In this document: piece after piece, positions 12,079 through 25,233 of the stretch
How the letters are laid out: each line of letters opens with the position of its first letter
Position numbering within the stretch: position 1 is the first letter of the stretch
Assembly (NCBI GenBank): GCA_043228905.1
Contig: JBHGNT010000017.1
Span: forward strand, 6,138,001-6,202,000
Origin: Azolla caroliniana
Taxonomy: Eukaryota; Plantae; Polypodiophyta
Length of the DNA: 64,000 nt
Direction: 5' to 3'
Notes under the pieces: model-generated
What the model was told of the DNA's origin: nothing
The model's database searches: none
What the model saw: the letters and a program-made list of their open reading frames with translations, nothing else
Position numbers and translations under genes: made by a program

Positions 12079-14932
12079 AACACGTTCGTGTTCACAAGTG
12101 GAAAGATCGCGCATTCCATTTATAGATTCCTTTTATAATCTTGCAATTTTAGAAAATTTTCAAAAACTTGATACACCAGTATCACATGTTTTAAATAGTA
12201 TGTAAAATTTGCTAATTTTTGGATATTTAAGAAGTTTGAAAATGATAATTTCTAAAATTGAATAGTTTTTCATTAAATGTTTAAATGTTGATGGTTTGTA
12301 GATATGAAATGTAGTTAACTTAAAGAAAATCACAATGGTTAACTCAAGGCACAAGTTATGATTAATGGTTTCACCATCTTGATGAGATTAAGATTACATC
12401 TTTTGTTAGACTTGAAAAAGTTTTAAGTATAAGTGGTAACATTGCAATCCTTAATGTCATCATCTATAAATTTATTGCTCATTAACATCCATCAATTCAC
12501 AACTCAAGAAACGTAGACAATATTCATAAACAATTTTGATAAATCCACAACTCCTAAAATGTAGATGATATTCATAAACTGTCAAAACTGTCAAACTTTA
12601 GATGTGAACATTAATATATCAATTTGAACATATCACACAGTTATCAGGGTATCTACAATGTTATCCTCTTCTTCCTTTTGAGAATTCCCCTACAAAATTT
12701 GTGAAGTAAATGGCATTTGCAAAGTTCAATTACCATCAATAAAATTATTAATGGTTTTTTGCTAATCAATGAAGCACATGTTCACCATAAGGTATCTTGT
12801 TGTGCAACATACATCTTTGGTGTATCGATATGGATCTTTTTCTCTTGTAAAAACATAGATTTCAGTATAATTTGAGTTTAGTTAAAAAAGCTCTTTTATT
12901 TGAAAAACAAGAAGATTTTTAAACATGAACTTGATATGTTGTATCGAGTTGATGTAAAAAATAGAGTTTTGATCATAATTCCATACAGTGTATTGAATTC
13001 ATGTTCAAAGTTTTTTTTATCGGATTTAAAAAAAATTAATAATAATAAGTTGAGCTTGAGTTCATATAAAAACAAGATTTTTCATCACAATTCGATACAA
13101 TGCATCGAGTTCATGTTTAAAGTATATTTTTCTAATTTTTTTCTATTTGTTTCTATTTTTTTGATTTTTTTGATTTTTTTCTATTTTATTTATGGAAAAA
13201 AATATATTTAAACATGAATTCGATATATTGTATCGACTTGTGATGAAAACTCTGTTTTTTTCATCATTTATTAAAGCTCCAAAAAAAAAAGAAAAAAAAA
13301 AAAGAAAAAAAAAGCAATTTAAAAAAAAACCCCAAATAAAGCTTTAAACATGAACTCGATACATTGTATCGAGTTCATGTCAAAAAGTTAGCTTTTCAAC
13401 ATGAACTCGATCAAATGTATCGAGTTCGTGTCAAAAAGTCGACTTTTCTACACGAACTCCATACATTGTATTGAGTTCGTGTTGAAAATCTAACTTGTTT
13501 AAAGCTTTTCTTTTGGGTTTTAAAAAAAATGTTTTTTTTTCTATTTATTTTGGTTTTTTGTTTGTTATTTTTGAATTTTTGTTTTGAGCTTTAATGAATG
13601 ATGAAAAAACTAGAGTTTTCATCACAAGTCAATACAATGTATCGAATTCATGTTTAAAATTATTTTTTTCCTTAAACAAAATTGAAAAAAAGAAAAAAAA
13701 GAAAAAAAGAAAAAAGAAAAAAATACTTTAAACATGAACTTGATACATTGTATTGAAAAATCTGTTTCTTATATGAACTCAAGCTGAACTTACTATTATT
13801 AATTTTTTTTAAATATGGTAAAACAAGCTTTGAACATGAATTCAATACATTGTATGGAATTATGATCAAAACTCTGTTTTTTACATCAACTCGATACAAC
13901 GTATCAAGTTCATGTTTAAAAATCTTCTTGTTTTTCAAATAAAAGAGGTTTTTAAAACATGAACTTGAATCGTACTAAAATCTTTGTTTTTAGAAGAGAA
14001 AAAGATGCATATCGATAGTCCGAAGAAGTATGTTGCATAACAAGATACCTTGTGGTGAACATGTGCATCATTGATTAACAAAAAACCATTAATAATTGTG
14101 TTGATGGTAATTGAACCTTGCAAATGTCATTTACATGGTCTATAAAGTATTCTCGTGGTTCTCAATGAGCACTTCAAGCACTTAATGTTGATCTTCATAG
14201 TTTGGTTCATCTACAACAGAGAAACATTTATGTGGAACAAAAGATGACAACACGAGCATAACTAAGGTGACAAGGAAACTTGCAAGAACTCAAGGTGGGG
14301 ATATTAATAACTACACATGTAGATGGCCATGAGCTAGGGTACCAATTCTGCATTGGTAAAGTTTTGGATGTGATGATGCATTAAACCTTTGTAATACGTC
14401 TATCATTGACATTAGTTAGGTGGATATCATTGTGTATGACTTTACACTGACAAAAGTTGGATGTTTAAGGACAACAACGATATACATAATAAAAGAGATA
14501 TTACCAAGTCTAGAAGATATCTCAAATTGAAGGTGAAGAAGATTTAGTGCACACAATTTGGAGACACCATTTGGTGAAGACAATGATTTGATTGGTACAT
14601 TTGAAAATGAGGAGGAAGAGTCAAAGTTGTATATTATCTATAGGAGTGATTCTCATGAAAAGAATGATGATATTTATGCAAATAACCCCCAAATGTATTT
14701 TTTGTGCAACTGTGTAACAAATTTAGACAACATTTTATCGAATGAAATAAAAACGTTCATTGTTTTGAAATCCTCTACTTTTGATTTCTTTAAGATCTAA
14801 AAACTTATTAGTTGTCATTTTTCTTTAAAAATACACAAAGTTACCTTTTATATTTGACCAAAAATTGGCATTTTTCAATTTTACCAAATGGTGAAAATTT
14901 TCAACTTTTTCACTTGCAAACGCGACGCAATT
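12079..14932. mobile_element. Non-autonomous DNA transposon / fold-back element inserted in RT of B
   Basis: Splits IPI|KGC; imperfect terminal inverted repeats (ACGTTCGTGTTCACAAGTGGAAA vs GCGTCGCGTTTGCAAGTGAAAA); TSD ambiguous (TA/ATA). Confidence 0.75.
12706..14134. repeat. ~1.4-kb inverted repeat built from about 12 copies of a ~33-bp palindrome
   Basis: Arms begin GTAAATGGCATTTGCAAAGTTCAATTACCATCAA and its reverse complement ends at 14134; unit ACATGAACTCGATACATTGTATCGAGTTCATGT. Confidence 0.9.
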
Positions 14933-16100
14933 ATAGGAATACCATCTAAAAATGGCATAGTTACCTTTGGGATGTACTCATGTAGAACTTTGTTCATTGC
15001 ATTCATCATATGAGCAATTGAATTTGTCGCACCTTGAGGTAGAGTGCACATTCGAACCAATCCAATTGGTGTTTTCATTGTTGTAATATTGCAACTATCA
15101 ATTGCTAGCTGAAATTGGTCGTATCCCGAATATAGGTCTCCCATAGAGTAAATTGCTCTCCCAGCAAAAGCTTCCGCAAATTCATCAACGATTGGTTCGA
15201 TTCCTGCATTTCGGATTGTGACTTTGTTGATTGGTTGTAGATCTTGAATGAATCTTAGAGAACCGTCTTTCTTTGGAACTATGAACCATCTATTGGAGTA
15301 TGGTGCATTTGAAGGCTCTAAAATCTTCATCTTGATTTTATCCTTCAGTAGCTCCAACAATTGAGGTAATCGAGCTCTCGGTACTGCAATAGGTTTAAAA
15401 TTCCAAGGAATATGAGGGATAATAAATATTACTATTGGTGTCACCACCTTTGGATCTACACAACCAATCTCCTCAGCTTTGAATGTGAACGCTTTCTCAT
15501 GCCTAAAGATCCTTTTTTTGAAAGTCGTGATCTCTAATTGCAGAAGAAATTCAGCCCCTCCGATTCTCAAGCTATTTATTGTCTCCGAAGTGAAGTGACT
15601 TCTGATCTTCTCTATTGGTCGAAGCATAGGCTCGGTTGTTGTTGCCTCCATCTTCTCTTCACTACCAATAGGTAATGGTATTGTAGCAGGTTTGACCTTT
15701 TTATCTATTGTTTTGTATTTTGTATTACATAAACTTTCTACTTCTTCATATTTACAATTATACCTATCAATCTCATAATACATATCAATTGAGTACATGT
15801 ATCTTCCTAACACTCTCATCATCTTCTTTCAAATACATTTCTAACTCTTCTATAGTATTTGCAAAAGAAATTTCTTCCAGAACACTTTCGATGTGCTCTT
15901 CCATTTCAAGTACTCCATTATCCTTCAATGCCTGTTGAAACGAATTAGCATTCTTTTTCAAGTTCCTTTTGCATTCATACATCCTAGTCACACATATAGC
16001 ACCACTTTTAGAAACATGAAATGACTTATTCATATGTTGTAATGCCCTATGTGAGGGTCCTTTAATAATGGGACTATTGAAACCCTCATTTGCAACAGTC

Positions 16101-18275
16101 CTAGTCAAAACCTTGATTATCAAAATCATCACATTCTTTTGGTATCGAATGATCACGAAGATCTTGCTTGTTCCTCTCATGATTTGGGCGAACTGTCATA
16201 AATTGTACAGTTCTTCGTCCATCTTGGCTTCGAATCTTCGCATAGGCAAAACCATTGTCAAGGACTTTGGTCTCCATCCGTACCGTTGTGATGTATGGTT
16301 GCCCCAAGATTATCAGATAGGTAGATCCTTCCTGCACAAAGAAATGTTGATCTACCTCTATATCACCAATAGTAACCTTTACATTTGGGCATGCACCAAA
16401 TAAATCTTCGATGACTGATGTGGCCGCTTTTACGCGCCAACCATGTTGAGTATCAATTGGCCATCTACCTTTCTTGTAAAAATCAACACTCATTATATTT
16501 ATTTCAGAACCATGATCAATAAGGGCCATAACCGTGTCTGGAACATTTCCAATCTTCACATGATGCTCAGTAGTGGCTCTTGCCCAACATTTGCGGGAGT
16601 AGTGGCTTCTTGCATCTGTTGAACTTATCATTGAGGTTGATGCATGTTGAGAGTCAACAAGGATATTGTTCGACTCGTTGATCACCACTTCATATGCCAC
16701 CTTCGGATTTGTCTCTTTAACCTGCTCATTTACTTGCTTCTTTCTTCGCACAATATCAATTATTTCATCATGAAATTCCTTTTTCGCAATACCTAACACT
16801 TCTCTTAGTGTAAATTCTACTCGACTGTCTAGTATTCTTGTTTCTAAAATTTTCTTTAAATCTATATCATTTTCAACATCAGACATTAATTTGAATGAAG
16901 GACTAGATTTACCTTTTTCGATTTTTGTGTCCATCTCTTTTCTTTTGCTTTCTCTTCTCTCATGCTTTTTTGTTGAGCCAATCTCATCATCTGGCCTTTT
17001 CCTTTTTTCTTTCACTATCACCTCATGCTCTTGGTGTTCTGCCATCTGAGCATAGACTGTCATAGCATCTAATGGAACATCCCATCTAGTGTTTTTTCTT
17101 ACAGCATCTCCGGCAACACGAAGGTCTTCCATCTTCAACTTTTGCTTTTGTGTGGAACTTACAACCTTCTCCCAAAATGATGATCGGTATGGTGTATCAT
17201 CAAGACGCATTCCTATCGTTGCCGAGTAGTACATTGCAGAAGCCTTTTTTGCTTTAGCTTCTTCAAACTTAACCTTAACACCACCATCACCAAAGTTCTT
17301 TGTAAGTGGACTTCTAGTTTCAGTTAAGTAAATGTTACCATTTTTCCAATAGACCAAGTCTCGATTTTCCATGTCTTTATATTCTTCACAATCACGTAGT
17401 CGATGTTCGAGACTATCACACCACATACATCGAGGTCGAAATGGTTCCCTTGACCTCGAAGTCGGACCATTCTCAAGCTTTGCCACTTTAATTGTTAGAT
17501 CTTTAATACTTTGAACTAAATCATTAAGCAAAGACTCACTCTTAGTTTCGGTCATTTCTCGTGGTTGATCGACCATTTCATGTGATGGTTCTCGACCAAG
17601 TCTTTGAACTTCGATGTTTTGCTCAAGCCGATTTGTGATTCCCACATGTGGTATTTGTAGCATTGCACCATTGCTTTGCATTCTTTTCATAAATTTATTA
17701 CAAGCATTTGTTACCTCATTCCAATATGCAGTTATACCATCCTCGATATTTGGTACTTCAAGCATAAATTCCAATTATTTTCTATATCTCTTGTCAACTG
17801 CCTGCAAAAATAAAGCAACCTTTTGCCAAGACAAAGAATTTCTTTCTTCTAGCTTTAAGTGTCCATACAATCTATCAAACTCTTTTCTCGTGTCAGCCAC
17901 AGATAATCCTTTATTTTCTTTTAGGACCTATTCATGGAATGAACGCATAGTAATGCGAGAGAAATCTTCACACGAGTATTCAGACACAAGTGCTTCTTTG
18001 AATGCATTTCAATCCAAACTATGCAATGTTTGTATTTCATGAATTCTATCTCTTAATTCCATGTCCACTAATTTATAAAATTTTGCTATCATATTGACAT
18101 CATTCACACCAGACATTTCCATTTGATCATAATATATATTCACATACTTTGAAATATTTGTGCCATCAAACACACCAATCTTCTCACGGACTTCTCGTAA
18201 GGCATGAAATAATTTATCTTGGTTCAACTTTTCAATAAACAACCTTACCGGATCCATTGTGCTTGTACTTGCCAT
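16101..18275 (-). pseudogene. Gypsy B gag-protease
   Basis: FDGTNISKY; zinc knuckle CMWCDSLEHRLRDC; protease ALIDHGSEINIM...ILGQPY; breaks near 17775-18009. Confidence 0.88.
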
Positions 18276-18320
18276 GTTGATGTTGATCTTTACTTTAGAT
18301 GTCTCTTCTACTTCCCCATT

Positions 18321-18337
18321 TCACGTCGGGTTCACCA
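18321..18337 (-). promoter_or_regulatory. PBS complementary to tRNA-Trp 3' end
   Basis: TGGTGAACCCGACGTGA, 5 nt from LTR end; tRNA identity from recalled plant tRNA-Trp sequence. Confidence 0.8.
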
Positions 18338-19179
18338 AATAGTGTCGTGGTGGGGCTCGCCTAGAAGCGTAACATTGCGTAGACAGAAGACAACATGAAA
18401 GTGAGGAAGGAATCGTTGGGATTTTGGACGGAAGAGACGAAAGAGTGGAATAGATCAATAGCGATCAACAAGATATGACAAGATAGGATGTAAAATGATA
18501 ATTGAGGGAATGTAAGAAATTTATAATTATTTCATGAAAGAGTTACAAAATGGTTGCGAGCATCGTTGAACCGTCAAACTTTGTCTCACAAGGTAGTCAC
18601 TCTTCTCTTTCTTGATAGTAGACCATTATCTTCCCTTCTATCTTTCGATGAGGATAAGACTCGAACCTCCGCCTTTTCGTTGTGAGTTGAGCACCGCCGC
18701 CGCCAAGCTAGTTCTTCTCATCTCTTTTGAGGATTGTATATATAGCTTTTACCTTCTCTCCCTCTTTCTTTATTATGATATCTCGTACAATATAATTTCG
18801 ATCAATTCCATACAATAATTCTATTCAATATTATTGATTGATTCCTTGATATCCTTGTGACTACACTCCCTTCTCCTTTTATAGGAAGGGGATGGTTTTG
18901 CATGTGGGCCATATGTCACACATGCAAAGAGTGGTCTTGCATGTGTGCTATATGGTGCACATGTATTACATGGTTTAGACTATACAATGCTACTTCAAAT
19001 AAAATAACACATTTTTGTTTTTTTTATGCATATAATGAGTATTGGCTAAATGTTAGGCTTTGAGGTTCATAATGTGGAGGTTGGTGGTTCAAGTCTTCTC
19101 TCGCCCATGTGATACAATATATGGTGCACATGTAGTACATTATATGGTTTTTAGGATTTAAACCATACAATATTTCTTC

Positions 19180-22100
19180 TGTTGAGAGACAAGCTCAACA
19201 TCAGCCGGATCGGCTGAAGAAGCCGAGGACCCGATTGGTTGGGACCGATTGGTTAGGCCGAATGTGTAAACTGGGAGGCCGTTAGGAAAGATATTCCGTG
19301 AGGAATATATTTGGGAGTTAGTGTAGGAGCTCTTAATGAGCATTGAAGTACTGTCAGTACTTCTGTCAGTCCTTTTAGGACTTGTATAAAAGTGTTCATT
19401 GAACACACATATGTATAGAGTAGTAAATAGAGATTGAGTACCTTTTTGAAATAGTTCTTGTGTTTTCTCTCTCTCACTCTCTCTGTCTCTGTCTCTCCCG
19501 CGTATACTGCGTAAGCTCAAGCTCTCCATTAAACCTGAGTTTTCTTCCTTCTGTTCGGTCTTCATACTTGCTTCCGCACGCTACTTTTTACATGGTATCA
19601 GAGCGTGAGGGTTGAGAACCTCTCTGCAGTCGACACAACTTGACGAAGAAGAACAAGAAGAACGATGGATAGAGGCATGGCGAGCTCGCTTCCAACAGAG
19701 AAGCTCGACAGAACCAACTACGCATCTTGGTCCTACAAGGTGCACCAGTACCTGCTCGGGCATGGCTACTGGAGTTATGTCGAAGGAGCTAATGACGCGG
19801 CACCCGAATCGACACACAAAGACTTCCCGTCGTGGGAGCTATCGGCGAGCAGGGTATTATACTGCTTCGCGTCGTGTGTGGGCGAACAACTATTGAGCTA
19901 TGTTCGGGATGCAAAGACGTCGAAGGGTGCGTGGGAAAATCTGAAGAAGATTTTCGCCACGAGCACCACAGCCAGGAAGCTTCAGCTCCGACAGGAGTTG
20001 AGCAATCTACGACAACGCGACTTGTCGGTGGCGGACTATACCTCGAAGATCAAGGATATCTGCGACTCCCTCGCCTCCATAGAGGTGAACATCGAGGAGA
20101 GCGAGATGGTCCAGATCTGTCTCGGAGGTTTGGCGTCTAAGTTCGGAGCATTCCGAACGGCTGTGTGTACCCGGGAGAATACGCCGTCCTTTTTCGACTT
20201 ACAGTCAATGCTCCTGGTAGAGGAGAACCACGCGGGTGCGTCTACAAGCACGCACACCGACAGCAGAATGCTGTACACGGAGGGAGATAGACCCCGTGGA
20301 CGTGGAGGACGAGGCGAGTCGGCGCGCAATGGAGGCGGCCGACGAGATCAAGGAAAAAGGCACCGAAGTGATGCTGACAACAACTCCGGACCCTCCGGAA
20401 ACAGGGGGAGTCGAAGCGATGAGAACCGGCAAGGGAAGGCCATCGCGGAGTGCTGGTACTGTGGCAAGAAAGGCCACAGGGAAAGTGAGTGCTGGAAGAA
20501 GCGTGCCGATTCGGAGAGAACCGGTTCCGGAAACGGCTCCGGACATACCGACAAGGGAAATCGGCAGCGATCGCACTACGCCGAAGACTCCGGGAGAGCC
20601 GGAGAAGGGTCTACCTTCGTGACGAGACACGAAGCAAACTCAATGAAACAGACCACCCCAAGATCGGACGAGGTGTGGTACGTAGACTCCGGCGCGTCAA
20701 ACCACATGACGAGCCATAAGGAGTGGTTCTCGTACCTTGAAAACCCGATTCAACCTGGAGTAGTCGCAACTGGAGACGACACTCCGCATTTGATTGCGAA
20801 TGTCGAAGAAGTTCCCCTTAGCCATGTCGGGCAAAAAGGGAAACTCATGAACGTGTTGCATGTTCCGACAATCACGAAAAACTTGGTCTCGGTCGGACAG
20901 ATCGTCGACCAAGGGATGGAGGTTCGGTTTACACACCTCGGGTGCTTCATTGAGGAAGAAGGTCGTGTGATTGCGCAAGGGCGCAGAGACGGGAGGATGT
21001 TCATCCTCGACTCCACTGACGGCGGCACCGCAATGTTTGTGAAGGGACAAAAATCCGAGTCGAACATCGACTTGTGGCACAAGCAGATAGGCCACGTCAA
21101 CTACCAGCGGCTTCAAGATCTTCAATCGAAACAGGTAGTGTTCGGATTGCCCAAATTTAGTGGCCGAAAGGCACAAATTTGTGAAGCCTGCCAGCTCGAG
21201 AAGCAACACCGACTTCCTTTCCCCAACGAGCGGAACCGGAGCCGGAACAAGCTCGACCTTATACACTCCGATGTATGGGGGCCAGCACAAAACGTTAGTC
21301 TTGGCGGGAGCCGATATTTCGTCTCCTTCATCGACGACCACACGCGGGACACGTGGATCTACCTCATTGAGAGGAAGAGCGAAGTCTTCGACTGTTTCCG
21401 GGACCTCAAAGGGTTCGTGGAAACGGAAACGGGACGAAAGATCAAGTGCCTGCGGTCGGATGGCGGGAAAGAGTACTTTTCCGGTCAATTCAACGGTTAT
21501 CTACAACAAATGGGAATTCGGCGCGAATTCAGTTGTAGATACACGCCGGAGCAGAACGGCGTGGCCGAGAGGAAGAATCGGTCAGTTGTGGAAGCGGCAC
21601 GGGCAATGCTGGAGGAGAAGAGCTTGCCCAAGTTCTACTGGGCCGAGGCGGTAAGGACCGCGGTATACATCCAGAACCGAATCGGAGACAAAGTGGCGGT
21701 GCACGAGCTATATTTCGGAACGAAGCCGAACTTGCGACACTTGAGGGTGTTCGGTAGCATTGCGTATGTGCATGTACCGAAGGAGAAAAGGAGGAAGCTG
21801 GACGCAAAGGCCGAGAAATGCATCTTGGTCGGTTACTCGGACGAGCAGAAGGGTTATAAGTGTTATAACCCTCGCACCAAACAAGCGCGTGTTAGCCGCG
21901 ACGTTGTGGTTGACGAGTCCGCGTCCTGGTACCAGCCCCCGACTCCAATCTGAGTTCTGACGATGAGGTCAGCGAGGCTGAGATGCCTCCGGATGATCCC
22001 GAAATCGAGACCCGCGAAGAGAGTCCGATTTCACTCCGTTTAACTGGACCGATTGGACGACTGAGTCGGTACGATCAATCCGATGAAGAGCCGGCGAGTA

Positions 22101-24795
22101 GTGGAGACTCGGCCGTGCATTCCCCGCGCAGGAAGCCGAGGAGACAGCTTACGCGCAAAGAGAAAGGGAAGAAGAAGGTGTCGGATTCCGGCACGGATAG
22201 GAACGAGTCAGACCGACGCGAGTCCAACTCCGAGGGAACCGGTGATGGGTCTTTAAAGGTGAAGTCCGCGTCGACCGAGAAGGCCTCGACATCGGCTAAT
22301 GTGAGATTACGCCGATCTACCCACCAGAAGAATCCTGTTTTGCGGTTCGGATACAACGAGTACATGGCGCATCACTATGCGTACATGACCCGTATAGCGG
22401 AAGTGCGTGAGCCGGAGAGCTACGCAGAAGCGGCGAAAGACGCGAATTGGCGTGCCGCGATGGAGGAAGAGATGCACGCATTGGCGGAAAACGAGACCTG
22501 GGATCTAGTTGACGCACCGAAGGGTGTGAAGCCGATCGGATGTAGGTGGGTGTACAAGGTCAAGTACAACACCGACGGCTCGGTCAACCGATACAAGGTC
22601 TGGTTAGTGGCAAAAGGTTACGCGCAAAAACACGGCATCGACTACGATGAGACGTTTGCGCCGGTCGCGAAAATGACGATCGTCCGTGTTTTGCTCGCAG
22701 TAGCTGCGGTGAAGGGGTGGCACTTACATCAGATGGATGTAAAGAATGCGTTCCTGCAAGGTGACCTTGAGGAACAGGTGTACATGGTACAACCCCCCGG
22801 ATTTCACTCTGGAACGAACTCCTCGACAGTATGTTGACTGAAGAAGTCCCTTTACGGACTGAAGCAAGCCCCGCGTGCCTGGAACACGAAGATCACGCAG
22901 CAACTGTGTCGGATGGGCTTCGTCACGTCAAAATCGGACTCTTCCCTGTTCATCCGGAAAGGTCGACTCGGACCGGTTAGTATTTTACTATATGTTGATG
23001 ACTTGGTCATCACCGGCGCTGACCTAGGTGAAATCGACCGCGTGAAGCTCCAGCTTGCGACATCATTCGACATGAAGGATCTGGGGGACCTTCATTACTT
23101 CCTCGGGATCGAAGTGATCCGTACCCCCGAAGGCATATTGTTCAGCCAACATCATTACGTGCTGAGTATGCTCTTCAAATTCAGGATGGCCGACTGTAAG
23201 TCCGTCTCAACTCCTCTGGACAAAACTGTCAAGCTTCGTCCCGATACGGGAAAGGTATGCGACCTGACGAGGTTCCGACAAATTGTCGGAAGCCTCATAT
23301 ACCTGACCATCACCCGATCCGACCTCAGTTATCCGGTCGGAGTGATCAGTCAGTTCATGGCGTGACCTACCGAGGAGCACCTTCAGTGTGCGGAAAGCAT
23401 ACTTCGGTATGTCAACGGCACTAAGGACTGGGGACTGCTATATCGGACCGGTGCAGCCGCGCAGTTAGTCGGCCACACCGATGCTGATTGGGTTGGCAAC
23501 ACCGCCGATCGCCGATCCATGTCCGGATACGCGTTCTCCCTCGGGAGTGTCATGATCGCGTGGAGCAGTAAGAAGCAGCCGATAGTTGCACTGTCAAGCA
23601 CCGAAGCTGAGTACCGAGGAGCGGCTGTCGCGACATGCGAAGCCATATGGTTGAAGCGGCTACTTAAGGACCTGCAAGAGGAGGTGTCAGATCCGACGAT
23701 GATCTACTGCGACAACCTCAGCAGCATCCAGCTCGCGAAAAACCCCGTTTTCCACGCACAGACCAAGCACATTGAGGTGCACTACCATTTCGTCTGTGAG
23801 CGTGTTCTTTCCGGTGAAGTCGAACTTCAGTACGTTTCGACGGATCGGCAGACTGCGGCAATTCTCAGGTACGCTCGGATTGCGTCACCTTGACGTGCCG
23901 AACTTGAGGGGGAGAAACAGTCCCGAACGACCAAGCGAGGCAGCATCGGCTGAAGAAGCCGAGGGCGGACCCGTTGAAAAGTCCGGAAGCGAACAAAAGG
24001 GGAGCAGCCGAAGGAGAGAGCCGAAGCCAACCACGCATGGGGAAGATGATGCCATCGAGGGCGAGAAGACCGAAGACAAGTTGGAGACAACCAACTCGGA
24101 CGAGAGCGAAAACCGATCGGAGGTAGCCAAGTCGGTTCGGATGTTGATTCAGATATGCTGAATCAACCGAGGCCCAAGTGGAAGAAAAGGCAGCAGGAGA
24201 AGCGTCAACACCGCAACAGTAGAAGACCTGATAAGGGCCACATGAGCAGACAAGCCGACCGAAAGGGTCGAAGCGCGCGGAGTCGAACAGGTCGAGGAGC
24301 GCGAGCAAGGCGTGAAGCCAGGAGGAACCAGAGCTGTGAGCCCAAAGATCCCGAAGAGCCTCAAGTTGAGCTTGAGGGGGAGTGTTGAGAGACAAGCTCA
24401 ACATCGGCCAGATCGGCTAAAGAAGTCGAGGACCGGATCGGTTGGGACCGATCGGTTAGGCCGAATGCGTAAACCGGGAGGCCGTTAGGAAAGATATTCC
24501 GTGAGGAATATATTTGGGAGTTAGTGTAGGAGCTCTTAATGAGCATTGAAGTACTCTCAGTACTTCTGTCAGTCCTTTTAGGACTTGTATAAAAGTGTTC
24601 ATTGAATACACATATGTATAGAGTAGTGAATAGAGATTGAGTACCTTTTTGAAATAATTCTTGTGTTTTCTCTCTCTCACTCTCTCTGTCTCTGTCTCTC
24701 CCGCATATACTGCGTAAGCTCAAGCTCTCCATTAAACCTGAGTTTTCTTCCTTCTGTTCGGTCTTCATACTTGCTTCCGCACGCTACTTTTTACA
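19180..24795 (+). mobile_element. Full-length Ty1/Copia element C inserted in 5' LTR of B
   Basis: 413-bp LTRs 19180-19592 and 24383-24795 (about 14 mismatches); Met PBS 19593-19604; PPT 24374-24382; TSD TCTTC/ACTTC. Confidence 0.97.
19665..24388 (+). pseudogene. Copia C gag-pol (762-aa open gag-PR-INT, then RT-RH with stops and deletions)
   Basis: [60 protein letters not shown]. Confidence 0.95.
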
Positions 24796-25233
24796 ACTTC
24801 AAATAAAAGAAGACATACAGTTTTAAACATACTACAATTATAGGGTAAATGGTAAGGTTTTAAAGTCATAAGGTGGGGGTTATTGGTTCAAGTCTTTTCT
24901 TGTTTGTGTAATATAATATATATATGTTTTATTTGCTTCTACATATAATGTATAATATTATCATAGTTAGTTTTTAATAGGAAATTGATAAATTCAAAGT
25001 TTTTTCCGTATTTTCACAGTTTTTTTTTTAGTTCAGAAATATGATTATTTGCACTACAAATGATAGCCAAATTCCATCCCCCCAAAAAAACTATGAAAAT
25101 ACGGAAAAAACTATGAATTTACCAATTTCCTTTTAATATTACCTTTATAAAACATTATCAAGATATATTTTATTTTAGTTACGTATTTATCTTTTTGTAG
25201 ACTTTTAATGTGAAGCTTTCGTACTTCACGACA

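Larger units (their letters stand above)
10040..16180 (-). pseudogene. Gypsy B pol (RT-RNase H-integrase), interrupted at ~12079-14932
   Basis: YKTIDKKVKP, PKKDGSLRFIQDL, DLYSGYDQF, LPQGATNS, FLDGIPI|KGC, VTVDTSPIG, FHDSLWARHRG; multiple stops. Confidence 0.92.
8120..25233 (-). mobile_element. Ty3/Gypsy element B with tRNA-Trp PBS, inserted in the pre-integrase region of A
   Basis: LTRs ~8120-10005 (interrupted 9161-9952) and 18343-25233 (interrupted 19180-24795), both ending CACGACA; PPT 10006-10017; PBS 18321-18337. Confidence 0.9.

Noticed and set aside
12900-13938. Paired similar ORFs (MKNKKIFKHELD...) on opposite strands
   Set aside because: Artefact of the inverted-repeat arms; no domain evidence.
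12920-13960. CRISPR-like array of ~33-bp palindromes with spacers
   Set aside because: Spacers are irregular A/T tracts mirrored across the inverted repeat; eukaryotic transposon context; no cas genes.
19158-24768. Duplicate 135-aa ORFs at 19158-19565 and 24361-24768
   Set aside because: Antisense frames across the two LTRs of C.
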